63,779 nucleotides of DNA, filler included, from Thermoplasmatota archaeon (GCA_041623215.1; 3 parts of 3 records of this genome joined end to end with filler, not necessarily neighbours in it); one strand, 5' to 3'; positions 1 to 9,882 are shown, numbered from the whole stretch's first letter. Notes: a model not told the origin generated them from the sequence alone. Made by a program: numbers and translations.

Positions 1-612
1 CTCGTCCTGCTGGTTGGCCTGGACGACCCGGCCAGGGCCCATCAGAGCGAGCACTGCCACCACGGCAAGTTGCAGCACCACGATGGCGGCGTAGCTGCCA
101 GCAAAAGGCGCCGAGGCCACCGCTTCGGAAGCGAAACTGGCGAGCCCTGGCCCTGCGACGCCGGCTAGCACACCCCCCGCCAGGACCCATGATACGGCGC
201 GGGCCTTGCTTGAGGCAGGGGCAACGTCGGCGGCCGCGAAGCGGTACAATTGAGCAAACCCATTGAGGACGCCAAGGCCGACGCTGCCGGCACAAAACAG
301 CCAGAATTGCTGTTGTACGATACCCAGCACGGCGAAGCCTGCGCCCGCCATGCCAGCCACGGCACCCACTGCAAAGCCCGCCCGCCGCCCGATGCGACCC
401 ATGAGCAGACTAGCGGGGAGACTGGCCGCCATCGTGCCAAGAATCTGCAGGCTCACGGGTAGCGTAGCCAAGCCGGCGCTTGGCGCCAACGCTAAGCCAA
501 CCACGGGGGAAGCTGCAACGGTCAAGCTGACCGCTGTTACAGACAATGCATAGCACGCCGCATACGCCGCGACGCGTCGGCGGGGCGCGTCGGGGGACCT
601 ACCCCCAGACAA
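1..612 (-). CDS. MFS transporter (5' part; runs off the window edge)
   Basis: Not in the ORF track. Manual translation from TTG at 612 gives ...LATLPVSLQILGTMAASLPASLLMGRIGRRAGF...QLYRFAAADVAPASSKARAVSWVLAGGVLAGVAGP..., with an MFS motif-A-like GRIGRR and hydrophobic helices. Confidence 0.85.
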   Translation of the reverse strand, partial: MSGGRSPDAPRRRVAAYAACYALSVTAVSLTVAASPVVGLALAPSAGLATLPVSLQILGTMAASLPASLLMGRIGRRAGFAVGAVAGMAGAGFAVLGIVQQQFWLFCAGSVGLGVLNGFAQLYRFAAADVAPASSKARAVSWVLAGGVLAGVAGPGLASFASEAVASAPFAGSYAAIVVLQLAVVAVLALMGPGRVVQANQQDE

Positions 613-619
613 GAGTGCC

Positions 620-1009
620 TCAGCCTTGGACTTGAATCAGCTTGCGGCGACCCATGGCTTCGATGTAGACGCAGTCCTTGCCTGCTTCAGGCGTACCATC
701 GAGGTCGTCGGGGATAGGCAGCTCGAACGTCTCAAAGGACTCGCCGTCCATGATTTGGACTTGGTCGCCCATCAAGGCGAGGATTTGAGCGCCGCGGCGG
801 TCAATCATGGGAATCCAGATTTTGTCCGTCACGCTGCCCTGGTAGGTCTTCTTGCTACCGGTGAAAATGCTGCGGCCTTCAATGCGGGCCTTGGCGGCGC
901 CGTGCTTGCCCGGCTTCGACTTGGTAATGGAGTCGATCTTGATGGGCTCGTCTTCAACGAGCATGTGCTTGCCTTCCTTCAGGGTGCGCACTTCGGCCTG
1001 TTCCTTCAT
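620..1009 (-). CDS. eif5A: Translation factor aIF-5A
   Basis: Hypusine/deoxyhypusine loop SKPGKHGAAKAR. ATG at 1009 with TATA-like CTTTATG about 30 nt upstream. Confidence 0.97.
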   Translation of the reverse strand: MKEQAEVRTLKEGKHMLVEDEPIKIDSITKSKPGKHGAAKARIEGRSIFTGSKKTYQGSVTDKIWIPMIDRRGAQILALMGDQVQIMDGESFETFELPIPDDLDGTPEAGKDCVYIEAMGRRKLIQVQG

Positions 1010-1129
1010 GGGGCTCGGGTCGCGCGACGATGATTTGGCATAAAGCACCGACGCTTGGCTAGGCTCCCGCGGCACAGGACAACGAGCGCACCAGCAACGC
1101 TTAACGCACGTTCATCCCGGTGCCGCGTG

Positions 1130-2587
1130 ATGGCGCAGGCTGTGTCTACGGACCACGACGACCAGATGGCACAAGTGGGCCTGCGACGGGACCTTGGACT
1201 CCTGGGCGCCGTGTCCATGATTGTGGGCATCGTCATTGGCTCCGGGATTTTCCTTGGCGTCAACCGCGTTGCAGCGGGCACCGGGAGTCCCGCGCTCATC
1301 GTGGCCGTCTGGGTTCTGGCCGGCATCCTCACCCTGCTTGGTGGCCTTTGCTACGCCGAATTGGGCGCCATGTATCCACGCGCCGGGGGCGAATACACCT
1401 TCTTGCGCCATGGCTTTGGCGGCGCGTGGGCCTTCATGTCCGGGTGGACGGCGTTTACCATTAACTTGGCCGGCTCGGGCGCGGCGCTGGCCATCATTTT
1501 CGCCGAGCAATTGGATTCGCTAAAGCCGGCAGGCTTCGAGCGTCTGTTTCCGGGCGAATGGTCGGTCAAGGTGACGGCTGCGGGCGTCATCATTCTGCTT
1601 TCGCTCATCAATTACTACGGCGTCAAGCAGGGTGGACGGGTTCAGATTGTCATGACGATTATGAAGTCCACCCTCATCGTCTTGTTGGCGGCAACCGCGC
1701 TTGCGTTTACGGGCGATGCGGCCAGTGCTGAGACGGGATTCTTTGTCACCACGGAGGTTGCTAACACCCCATCGGCGGACGGCTTCACCCTGGCCGGCTT
1801 CTTCGGCCTAGCCATGGTTGCCGCCTTGTTTGCCTATGATGGCTGGACCAATGTGGTGCGCGTCGGCGGCGAGCTTCGAGACCCGCAGCGAAACATCCCT
1901 CGGGCCATGATTCTGGGGCTCGTGGCCATCATGGCGCTGTATATTCTCATCTCGTTTGGCTATCTGAACGTGCTTGGCTACGAAGGCTTCGCCGCAGGCA
2001 CCAATGCCGGCTTCGACAACGACCGAACGGTGGCCAGTAACGCTGCCAGCGTGCTCTTTGGGGAGGCGGGGCATCGCTTGATCACGGTGATGATTTTGGT
2101 TTCTGTCCTTGGTGCCCTCAATGGAATTACGCTGTCCGGACCGCGCATCTATTTCGCCATGAGCCGCGACCGCTTGTTCCCGGCACGGCTTGGCAACTTG
2201 AGTCGACACGCGACCCCGCACGTGGCCATTCTTGCGCAGGCGGCGCTGAGCATCGTATTCCTGATGTGGTTTGACTTCAACCAGCTGACGGACAACGTTG
2301 TGTTCATCAGCTTCTTCTTCTATGGGTTGACGGCCGTTGGGCTCATCCATTTGCGTCGCACGCAGCCCGATGCGCCACGGCCCTTCAAGGTGCCACTCTA
2401 CCCCTACGTGCCGGTGGCCTACGTCGTGGTCGCATGGAGCTTCGTCGCCTACCTCCTGTGGGACCAAGTGACGACGCTTTCGTGGGGCAACATCAACCGG
2501 CTAGTGGGATTATTGGTGGTCGCCGCAGGCGTGCCCGTGTACCTTTACTTCCGGCGTCGCGCGCAGGCGGACACCCCAATAGCCTAA
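1130..2587 (+). CDS. APC-superfamily amino acid permease (LAT/SteT-like)
   Basis: GIVIGSGIF, YAELGAMYPRAGGEY, LFAYDGW, RNIPRA, PRPFKVPLYP; about 12 TM helices; CTTAAC box at 1100-1105. Confidence 0.95.
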   Translation: MAQAVSTDHDDQMAQVGLRRDLGLLGAVSMIVGIVIGSGIFLGVNRVAAGTGSPALIVAVWVLAGILTLLGGLCYAELGAMYPRAGGEYTFLRHGFGGAWAFMSGWTAFTINLAGSGAALAIIFAEQLDSLKPAGFERLFPGEWSVKVTAAGVIILLSLINYYGVKQGGRVQIVMTIMKSTLIVLLAATALAFTGDAASAETGFFVTTEVANTPSADGFTLAGFFGLAMVAALFAYDGWTNVVRVGGELRDPQRNIPRAMILGLVAIMALYILISFGYLNVLGYEGFAAGTNAGFDNDRTVASNAASVLFGEAGHRLITVMILVSVLGALNGITLSGPRIYFAMSRDRLFPARLGNLSRHATPHVAILAQAALSIVFLMWFDFNQLTDNVVFISFFFYGLTAVGLIHLRRTQPDAPRPFKVPLYPYVPVAYVVVAWSFVAYLLWDQVTTLSWGNINRLVGLLVVAAGVPVYLYFRRRAQADTPIA

Positions 2588-2611
2588 GGGTGCAACTGAC
2601 GTCCCCTGGCC

Positions 2612-3373
2612 GTGGACGCAGCCAGCTTGGCCAAGGAGATGACCAGCGTCGCCTTCGACACCTGGCAATCCATCCGCGATGAAGACGGGTTAGGCGATAT
2701 TGTTGGCATCGGCGTGGACGGGTCGCCCACCAATCGTGCCGACGCGGTGGTCGAAGCGGCGTTGCTGGAAGTGGCGGAAAGGGAGGGCATCTCCATCCTG
2801 TCAGAAGAATCTGGCCTGACCGACCATGGCAGCGATTCCGTGGCGGTGGTGGATCCGCTTGACGGTAGCCGCAACGCAGCGCGCGGCATCCCCATGTTCT
2901 GCTCCAGTGTGGCCATTGGCCCCGTCGACGGCGGTCTGAAGGAGTTGGAGGCAGGCAGCGTGCGCCATTTGGTGACCGGCCAACACTACTTTGCCAAGGC
3001 CGGAGAAGGCGCCACGGTAGACGGCAAGCCGGTTCGTCGCCGCACCTTCGATGCCACCGAAGTCATGGTGGGTGGCACGACGCTCGACGACTTTGTCATC
3101 CACGAAGCGATGCCAGGGCAATACTATCGGGACCTTGGCAGCGCTGCTTTGGACCTTTGCTTGGTTGGGACTGGTGCCCTCGATGCCTTTCTGGTTCGCG
3201 CCGGCTGGCTTCGGGTTGTCGACATCGCCGCGGGCGTGCTGTTTGTCCGGGAAGCGGGTGGAACCGTGCTTGACCCGACGAACGGCGAGCATCTGCAAAT
3301 GCGACTCAACATGGACGAGCGCGGTTCGTGCCTCGCCGTCCACCATGAAAGCGCGCTGGAGGGAATTCTGTGA
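2612..3373 (+). CDS. Inositol monophosphatase/FBPase-family phosphatase (probable NADP(H) phosphatase)
   Basis: SEES, VDPLDGS, GSAA and DIAAG motifs of the FIG/IMPase family; overlaps the NAD kinase start. Confidence 0.9.
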   Translation: MDAASLAKEMTSVAFDTWQSIRDEDGLGDIVGIGVDGSPTNRADAVVEAALLEVAEREGISILSEESGLTDHGSDSVAVVDPLDGSRNAARGIPMFCSSVAIGPVDGGLKELEAGSVRHLVTGQHYFAKAGEGATVDGKPVRRRTFDATEVMVGGTTLDDFVIHEAMPGQYYRDLGSAALDLCLVGTGALDAFLVRAGWLRVVDIAAGVLFVREAGGTVLDPTNGEHLQMRLNMDERGSCLAVHHESALEGIL

Positions 3374-4212
3374 TGCCCGACCATGACCCGGACGCCGTCT
3401 GGGCCATTGTGGCCAAAGGCGGCATCGAGCACGTTCGGCATGAGGCCCTGCGGCTACAGGGCCACTTGCGTAACCGTGGCGCCAAGGTACTGTTGGAAAA
3501 GAGCCTCCACCCAGATGGCTTGGCACTGCCCCAACTGCACGAGCAAGCTGACCGCTTCATGACCGTCGGCGGCGATGGCACCATTTTGATGACCATGCAG
3601 CACACCGACAAGCCCGTCCTTGCCGTCAACGCCGGTGCCGTGGGATTCCTGGCCGAAGCGGAGCCGAGGCACGCGCGGATGGCGATTGATGCGGTGCTCG
3701 CGGGCGAGTACCAAATTCAGGAGCGCCACCGCCTTGCTGCCCACCTCAATGGCGAGCGTTTGGGTGACGCTGTCAATGAAGTGACCTTGCAATCCAGTCG
3801 CATTGCCAAACTCATTCAATTCACGGTCACGGTGGACGGGGAGGTGCTGGAAATTCTTCGCGGCGACGGCATCATTGTGGCCACGCCCACCGGCAGCACC
3901 GGTTACGCCATGAGCGTGGGTGGGCCGCTCGTCCACCCCTCGGTTGCCGGCAATGTTCTGGCGCCCATTGCGCCCTTCCGTCTCGCCGCCAGGCCGTGGG
4001 TGGTGCCCCACGACACGACCATCCGACTCACGCTGCTGGATCGCGATTCAACGACGCTGGAGCGCCCGGCGCGCGTCGTCATTGATGGGCAGCACAGTGC
4101 GGGCGTGGCACCCGGCGACCAAGTGGAAGTGCGACCTGGAAAACGGGTGGCGCGATTCATCCGACTTGGCGGCGGATTCTATGAACGTGTGCGACGAAAA
4201 CTGGTGCGTTGA
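3370..4212 (+). CDS. nadK: NAD(+)/NADH kinase
   Basis: GGDGT, NAGAVGFL, NE and GDGIIVATPTGSTGYAMSVGGP motifs. Confidence 0.96.
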   Translation: MMPDHDPDAVWAIVAKGGIEHVRHEALRLQGHLRNRGAKVLLEKSLHPDGLALPQLHEQADRFMTVGGDGTILMTMQHTDKPVLAVNAGAVGFLAEAEPRHARMAIDAVLAGEYQIQERHRLAAHLNGERLGDAVNEVTLQSSRIAKLIQFTVTVDGEVLEILRGDGIIVATPTGSTGYAMSVGGPLVHPSVAGNVLAPIAPFRLAARPWVVPHDTTIRLTLLDRDSTTLERPARVVIDGQHSAGVAPGDQVEVRPGKRVARFIRLGGGFYERVRRKLVR

Positions 4213-4805
4213 TGGGGTGGTTGGACCGTTTTTGGCGACGCCGCGGCGAGCAGCCGAAGAAACGCTCGGGGCGCCATCAGGGCCAGCGCGGCACGTGGCG
4301 CACAATTCGCGAAAACTACCGTGAACTCCCGGAAGACCAATGGACCGACGACGAACACGACCACTTCTTTGCCAACCTCCCAGAAGAAGCGCAATGGGCC
4401 GAATGGGACGCCTGGAGCCGACACACCTACCAGCACCCTACCGTAAGCAAGCTCAAGCGCTCAGTGCTGGACCTCGCCCGGGCCGCTGCTACCGACAGCC
4501 ACCCGGACGAATTTGGCGCCCTCCTTCGCGTGCAAGGTGACACGGTCACCGAATTGGTCCTGGTCCTCGCTGAATCGGGCGGCGACTCCGTCGTCTTCAA
4601 CTTGTGGAGCCAGCCGGTCGACGCCAGCATTCAAGGGAGCCTGCATAGCCACCCTGACCCCCATCCCTACCCGAGTGACGCAGACTTTGCCATGTTCGAA
4701 GCACACGGCACCATTCACCTCATCCTGTGCGAGCCGTACGGCCCGGACAATTGGCGCGCCTACGACCACACGGGCGTGCCGGTCCATCTGGACCTGGTGG
4801 ACTGA
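4212..4805 (+). CDS. JAB/MPN+ (JAMM) metallo-isopeptidase, Mov34 family
   Basis: Catalytic E (DEFGALL) and HSHPDPHPYPSDAD matching HxHx7Sx2D; TGATG overlap with nadK. Confidence 0.9.
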   Translation: MGWLDRFWRRRGEQPKKRSGRHQGQRGTWRTIRENYRELPEDQWTDDEHDHFFANLPEEAQWAEWDAWSRHTYQHPTVSKLKRSVLDLARAAATDSHPDEFGALLRVQGDTVTELVLVLAESGGDSVVFNLWSQPVDASIQGSLHSHPDPHPYPSDADFAMFEAHGTIHLILCEPYGPDNWRAYDHTGVPVHLDLVD

Positions 4806-4868
4806 CCCTACGGTACGACGGCACACCCATGTCACAGCCCTTATGGGGCGCGCCGCTAACGCGGTTGC

Positions 4869-5777
4869 ATGGCCCGTTTCGAACCTTTGCCAGGCGAGAC
4901 CGAGCGGGCCCACCTCCGGCCCCACTTCTTGAGCTTCGGCGGACATTACTTTGTCGCCGCGTGGCCGGCGTTATGGGCCGCCATGTTTGCCGGCATCATG
5001 CGCAGCACCTGGTGGAATGGCGCATCCTCCGATGCCTGGTGGAAGGTGTGGACGTATCTCTACGGCAACGACGTAAGCGGCTACGTCTGGGCCGTGGTCG
5101 GCCTGCTGCTGGTTTCCGTACCCGCTGCCTTGCTGAGCGTTCGGTGGCGAGGTGTGGCCTGGACCGTGCTCTTGGGTACGATTGCCATCGTTGGATCGGT
5201 CCTCCTAACCGACGCAGGGGACCCCGTGCGCCTCCAGACGGCGCTGCCTCTCATCTTGGCGGCGGGCGGCCTTCTTCACATGGTGGCCGTCGATATCTGG
5301 CGCCGCAGCCACCATTATCGCATCACTGATTTTCGCATCATTTTCCAGGGTGGCGTCATTGTCCGAAAGGAGCGCCAAGTACGCTATGATTCCCTGACCG
5401 ATTTGGACATCAGCCAATCTGTGCTTGGCCGCCTGCTGGATTACGGGACCATCATTCCGGTGACGCAATCCGGCTTTGGCCTTGGCGAAGATGCCAGCGA
5501 CGCTCATGTCAGCCTCGGGGCCGGTGCCAACAAGGCTGGCGTCATCGGCGGGGGGGCCCTGACCGTTGGCGGCGGTCGAAGCGTGCAAACGGGCCGCGCC
5601 AGGACCTTCCATCAATTGACCGGCGTCGGCCAATTCAAGGAAGTCAAGCGACTGCTGGAAACCCTGGCTCAAGGCTCGGCCTTGTCGCCCCACCTCAAGC
5701 AACAAGTGGATTTGCAGCAGGCGCTCGTGGACAAGGTGCAGCAAATGAGTGAGCGCCTAGACCAAGCGGGCCGCTGA
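4869..5777 (+). CDS. Membrane protein with bacterial PH (bPH_2-like) domain
   Basis: Four TM segments, then YRITDFRII..GV...R.VRYD....DISQSVLGRLLDYGTI, typical of bPH_2; C-terminal coiled coil. Confidence 0.75.
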   Translation: MARFEPLPGETERAHLRPHFLSFGGHYFVAAWPALWAAMFAGIMRSTWWNGASSDAWWKVWTYLYGNDVSGYVWAVVGLLLVSVPAALLSVRWRGVAWTVLLGTIAIVGSVLLTDAGDPVRLQTALPLILAAGGLLHMVAVDIWRRSHHYRITDFRIIFQGGVIVRKERQVRYDSLTDLDISQSVLGRLLDYGTIIPVTQSGFGLGEDASDAHVSLGAGANKAGVIGGGALTVGGGRSVQTGRARTFHQLTGVGQFKEVKRLLETLAQGSALSPHLKQQVDLQQALVDKVQQMSERLDQAGR

Positions 5778-5829
5778 AGCGCGAAGGCCCGCAGCGAGGC
5801 CTTCAAGTGGGGGAGGCTTTGGGAGCATC

Positions 5830-7455
5830 ATGCACGCTCAACCAACGACCTTCGCCCTGGCTGTCGCAGTGCTGCTGACCGGCGGCTTTGCAGGCTGCCT
5901 GTCCGATGAAAAACCGAATGCCGACCGAGCAGCCTTGGATGATGCAGGCACGTGGTGGCAGCATGAACCAGCGTGGGCAGTGGCCGCCCTCCATGGCGAC
6001 GATGACCCGCGTGACACCGATTACATTCCCAGCCACGACCACTTTGACCTGCGTGAACACCAAGGTCGCTCGACCGCCAACTTCCACTTGCTTGGCCACG
6101 ACCCCATGGTCACGTCGTTCCATGGCACGCCCGCTGGAACCTACTATTGCGGTGCCAATAGCTTGGAGGGCGAGCGCCGGTACGCGGTGGCGGCCTCCTT
6201 TAGCAGCGGCACCGCCATCACGGTCGTTGACGTGACCGACCCCGTCCCGGTCATGGTCGGCGAACTCAACCTGCCCAACACGTTCGTCTATGACACGGCC
6301 ATTAGCCCCGACGGCCAATACGCGGTCCTGGGCACCTGGACGCTGACCACCTCCGATACCGGCCGCCCCGTCACGGTGGCAGCCTCGACCCATGACGAGT
6401 ATCAAACACGCACCACCTGGACCGATGCCTGTGGAACCACGCGCGCCATCGAGGACAACGTGCCTTACGACGCGGGCGTTGTCCTAGTTGACCTTAGCGA
6501 CCCCGCCGCGCCACGCGTGATCGATTACGCGCCTCAACCCACGGGCGCTCACTCCGTTAGTATCAGCGACATCGACGGCACCACCATGGTGGCCGCCAGC
6601 ATCACCAATCTTGCTTACACAGCGTCTTACTGGAGCTTCTGGACGCTTGAGGCAACAGCAGCCGGAACGCGCCTTGCTCCTTACGGAGTGTGGTCAGCGC
6701 ACTGGAGCCCCGGCTTGATGGGCGTTGGCCAAATCGGGCAAGCAAGTGGATTTGGCGGCATCAACGGACACATGGACGCCACCGTGCAAGTGCACCCGGT
6801 TACGGGCCAAACCATTGCCTACTTGGCGAATTGGGACGGCGGATTTGACATTGTGCAGCTGGACGGCCCCGGCATGATTACGCCACTAGCTTCGTGGGGC
6901 GCGTGGAACCCTGACGCCGGCGACCAAATGTCGGGCATGGTCCACACCGCCTATCCGTTGCCTCAATTGTGGGACGGCCGCCACATCACGGTGACGGGGC
7001 AGGAATTGCTGAGCCGGCCCAGCAACCGACCTACCGGCGAAATTGTTCTTCTTGATACCACAGACCCCGCCAACCCTACCCCGGTTGCCCGATGGACGCT
7101 TCCGGTGGACGTGCAATGGAGCGGCGGCGCCAGCTACAGCACACACTACGTCGCCGTCGTCAATGAGACCCTGTTTACCAGCGTCTATCACGGAGGCGTG
7201 TGGGCCGCCGACGCCTCGCCCGAGCATTGGCCCGAGCTGCCAAGCACCGGCGTCTTCCTGCCAGCCAAGGCCACCGAAGGTGACCCGCCCCGGCGCGTGA
7301 CCTCACCGCTGGTACAGGAGGTCATGGCTGAACCGGATGGCACGCTCCTGATCCTCGACGCCAATTCGGGCATCTACCGGGTCGCCTTTGACGCCGAGGA
7401 CAGCAGCATCCCGCCCGCAACCCCGTGGACCAAGGACGCCTGGATTACAGGCTAA
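5830..7455 (+). CDS. LVIVD-repeat beta-propeller lipoprotein
   Basis: Lipobox FAGC; repeats ITVVDVTDP, VVLVDLSDPAAP, IVLLDTTDPANP; YLANWDGG and SVYHGG. Confidence 0.8.
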   Translation: MHAQPTTFALAVAVLLTGGFAGCLSDEKPNADRAALDDAGTWWQHEPAWAVAALHGDDDPRDTDYIPSHDHFDLREHQGRSTANFHLLGHDPMVTSFHGTPAGTYYCGANSLEGERRYAVAASFSSGTAITVVDVTDPVPVMVGELNLPNTFVYDTAISPDGQYAVLGTWTLTTSDTGRPVTVAASTHDEYQTRTTWTDACGTTRAIEDNVPYDAGVVLVDLSDPAAPRVIDYAPQPTGAHSVSISDIDGTTMVAASITNLAYTASYWSFWTLEATAAGTRLAPYGVWSAHWSPGLMGVGQIGQASGFGGINGHMDATVQVHPVTGQTIAYLANWDGGFDIVQLDGPGMITPLASWGAWNPDAGDQMSGMVHTAYPLPQLWDGRHITVTGQELLSRPSNRPTGEIVLLDTTDPANPTPVARWTLPVDVQWSGGASYSTHYVAVVNETLFTSVYHGGVWAADASPEHWPELPSTGVFLPAKATEGDPPRRVTSPLVQEVMAEPDGTLLILDANSGIYRVAFDAEDSSIPPATPWTKDAWITG

Positions 7456-7575
7456 TCTGGCAGCTCCTTCGTTCCCAGCCCGACCCACGGGCGCCCTTGA
7501 GAGCCGGGAATTCTCGCGCCTTAGCACGGTGTCGCCGACACAAACGTCAAGAAGTCGGCGCCCGGGTGAGGCGCA

Positions 7576-8739
7576 ATGAAGCACCTTCTCCTAGTGGGAA
7601 TCTTCCTCGTTGTGGCCGTTGCCGGCTGCCTGGACAACCAAGCCCAACCTGCCAACGATGAGACGTCGGCGGCGCCGGTCGCAACCGACCCCAACGCACC
7701 CAACGTCACGTTTGGTCCGCATTCCGGACTACCGCGTACACTTGCTGAAGCGGGACCGCGGGACCTCAACAACCCGCCCAATTGGGTGCTGGGAGAATGG
7801 TGGACCATTCGCCTCACCTCCTACTTTGATGGCAAGGTCACGGAAGTGACTCGCATCGTGAGCGGCAAGGAGGACGCGGACTACCTAGTGGGTATGCCCC
7901 GAGACGCCTTCGACAACGAGGCTATGGTCCTACACGTACCGGGATTTGGTTTGGTGGACCATGAAACGCATGGCTTCGAGGCCCATGACGTGTTCTTCCA
8001 GGCCCTACAGTTTCCGCTGAAACCCGGCGAATCCTGGGTGGCTGACTTCCAGGCACCCAATCAATTGACGGCCATCGTTGACGATGTCGCCGACGGGACT
8101 GCAACCATCAGCATGAGTGGCCAATATGGAATTTCCATGGTGTATGATGCAGCCATGGGCGCCATTACTCTGATGGATATTGCCAACTACGGCAAGTACG
8201 AGGTCATCGCGCACGGCTTCGACTACGAAGGCATGGTCACGGTTCCGTACAAGCACGACCTCATTTTCTTCAATGGCCGGCTGGCCGGCGTCGGCGACCT
8301 CTCAAAACCGCTCATTCCACCAACACCCGCGCCGCCCACGGAAACGGTCATCATCCCCGATGATTATGACCGCGTCAGCTTCACGCTGATTCTAGGCGAC
8401 ATGCTTACGCGTGGCTTTACTGCCAGTAGCCCAGTTGGCGGTGCCCCGGCTGACCCAGGCTATTACGACATTGATGTCGTAGCGCCCGATGAAACGCTGT
8501 ACGAAGGCACCAAGACGCCAGCCGATGGCCCCGGCGTTCTGCTTTCCAGCTTCAGCCACGACAAGCCGGCAGGTAACTGGGACATCACATCCATTGCCGC
8601 AGGCCCCGGCGTGGCCTTCATCGAAGGTATTGCGTACATCGTCTACGACGTTGCGCTGCCAGATGGCTGCGTCGTCTTGACCAACCGCATCCACAATCAC
8701 GGCGGCGAATGCGGTGGCCACGTGCACGGATTGGAGTAG
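7576..8739 (+). CDS. Lipoprotein of unknown function (paralogue 1)
   Basis: Lipobox VAGC; SD GGTGAGG upstream; collinear with the next gene. Confidence 0.85.
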   Translation: MKHLLLVGIFLVVAVAGCLDNQAQPANDETSAAPVATDPNAPNVTFGPHSGLPRTLAEAGPRDLNNPPNWVLGEWWTIRLTSYFDGKVTEVTRIVSGKEDADYLVGMPRDAFDNEAMVLHVPGFGLVDHETHGFEAHDVFFQALQFPLKPGESWVADFQAPNQLTAIVDDVADGTATISMSGQYGISMVYDAAMGAITLMDIANYGKYEVIAHGFDYEGMVTVPYKHDLIFFNGRLAGVGDLSKPLIPPTPAPPTETVIIPDDYDRVSFTLILGDMLTRGFTASSPVGGAPADPGYYDIDVVAPDETLYEGTKTPADGPGVLLSSFSHDKPAGNWDITSIAAGPGVAFIEGIAYIVYDVALPDGCVVLTNRIHNHGGECGGHVHGLE

Positions 8740-8744
8740 TCATC

Positions 8745-9839
8745 ATGAACCCCCAAATATTGATTGTAAGCATCGTCATGCTCGCCGTTGGCCTAGGCGG
8801 CTGCGTCGACAACGACGCGCCGCTCGATGACGACGAGGCAACACCCCCATCGCAACCGCAAGCAGGCCTTGGGCCCGCCAGTAACTTACCCTCAGTCGTC
8901 GACCGCGAGGCCGCCGAGCCAACCGCACCACCCACTTGGGCCGTTGGCGAATGGTGGCGCTACGAGTATGTTGATACCCTGTTTGCACAACAATGGGAAG
9001 TGACCCTCGTGGTAGCTGGCTGGGACGGGGAGAGCTACCTTGTTGGACAGCCGCTGGAATCCTTCGAAGACCGCGGTCTCATCATGCATCTACCCCACGC
9101 GGGTGAAATCAACCCCGCGACGCTCGGATTTCTAACCCACGGCGTCCCGTTCGAACCGCTGCAATTCCCACTCGTGCCCGGCGACTCTTGGTCCACCCAT
9201 ATCCACGGCGGCGTGGCGCTTGATGCGGTTGTTGACGACGTGCAAGGCCCCGTGGCCACGGTCGAACTGGCCGGAGCCATGCCCATGACCATCACCTACG
9301 ACGCGACCGTCGGGACAATCACGCATGTCGACATGGGCTCCAACGGTCACTACACGTTGCTTGACCACGGCTTCGGCTACGAAGGCAAAGTACGGGTGCC
9401 AGCCGCGCAAGAGTTGTCCTTCTGCCACGGCCGCGCCGTGGTCGTTGCCGCCATGCGCATGTGCAGTCTGCCGCTGTTGCCTCCCGACCCGGCGCCGCCT
9501 GTCGAAATCCTGCCTGTGACATCGGACCTGGACCGCCTGTCACTGGGACTCATGGTATTCGACATGGTGCCGTCGCCAGCCGGAACCGGCTCCTACGCCA
9601 TTCACCTAACGGCACCCGACGGGTCCATGTACGAGTCGGTTGCAACCAGCCCGCTGCCGACCGCCGTTGGCGCCTTCTACGGCGTTGAGTCGCCCGTGGG
9701 AGATTGGCTCATGGTTGCTGCGGCCGCCGGCGCTGGCGCCATCATGGCCGAAGGCATTGGCTACCAAGTCTTGGATGTGAACATGCCGTCGGGCTGCATC
9801 TTTGGTGACCGCGTTCCAGCGTTGGCCGATTCCTGTTAG
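8745..9839 (+). CDS. Lipoprotein of unknown function (paralogue 2)
   Basis: ATG 8745, lipobox LGGC; shares PPxWxxGEWW, LQFPLxPGxSW, HGFxYEGxVxVP and EGIxYxVxDVxxPxGC with paralogue 1. Confidence 0.85.
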   Translation: MNPQILIVSIVMLAVGLGGCVDNDAPLDDDEATPPSQPQAGLGPASNLPSVVDREAAEPTAPPTWAVGEWWRYEYVDTLFAQQWEVTLVVAGWDGESYLVGQPLESFEDRGLIMHLPHAGEINPATLGFLTHGVPFEPLQFPLVPGDSWSTHIHGGVALDAVVDDVQGPVATVELAGAMPMTITYDATVGTITHVDMGSNGHYTLLDHGFGYEGKVRVPAAQELSFCHGRAVVVAAMRMCSLPLLPPDPAPPVEILPVTSDLDRLSLGLMVFDMVPSPAGTGSYAIHLTAPDGSMYESVATSPLPTAVGAFYGVESPVGDWLMVAAAAGAGAIMAEGIGYQVLDVNMPSGCIFGDRVPALADSC

Positions 9840-9882
9840 GAAAACCATGCCCGCATCGTCCTGCCCTTGCGCAGGCTAGATG

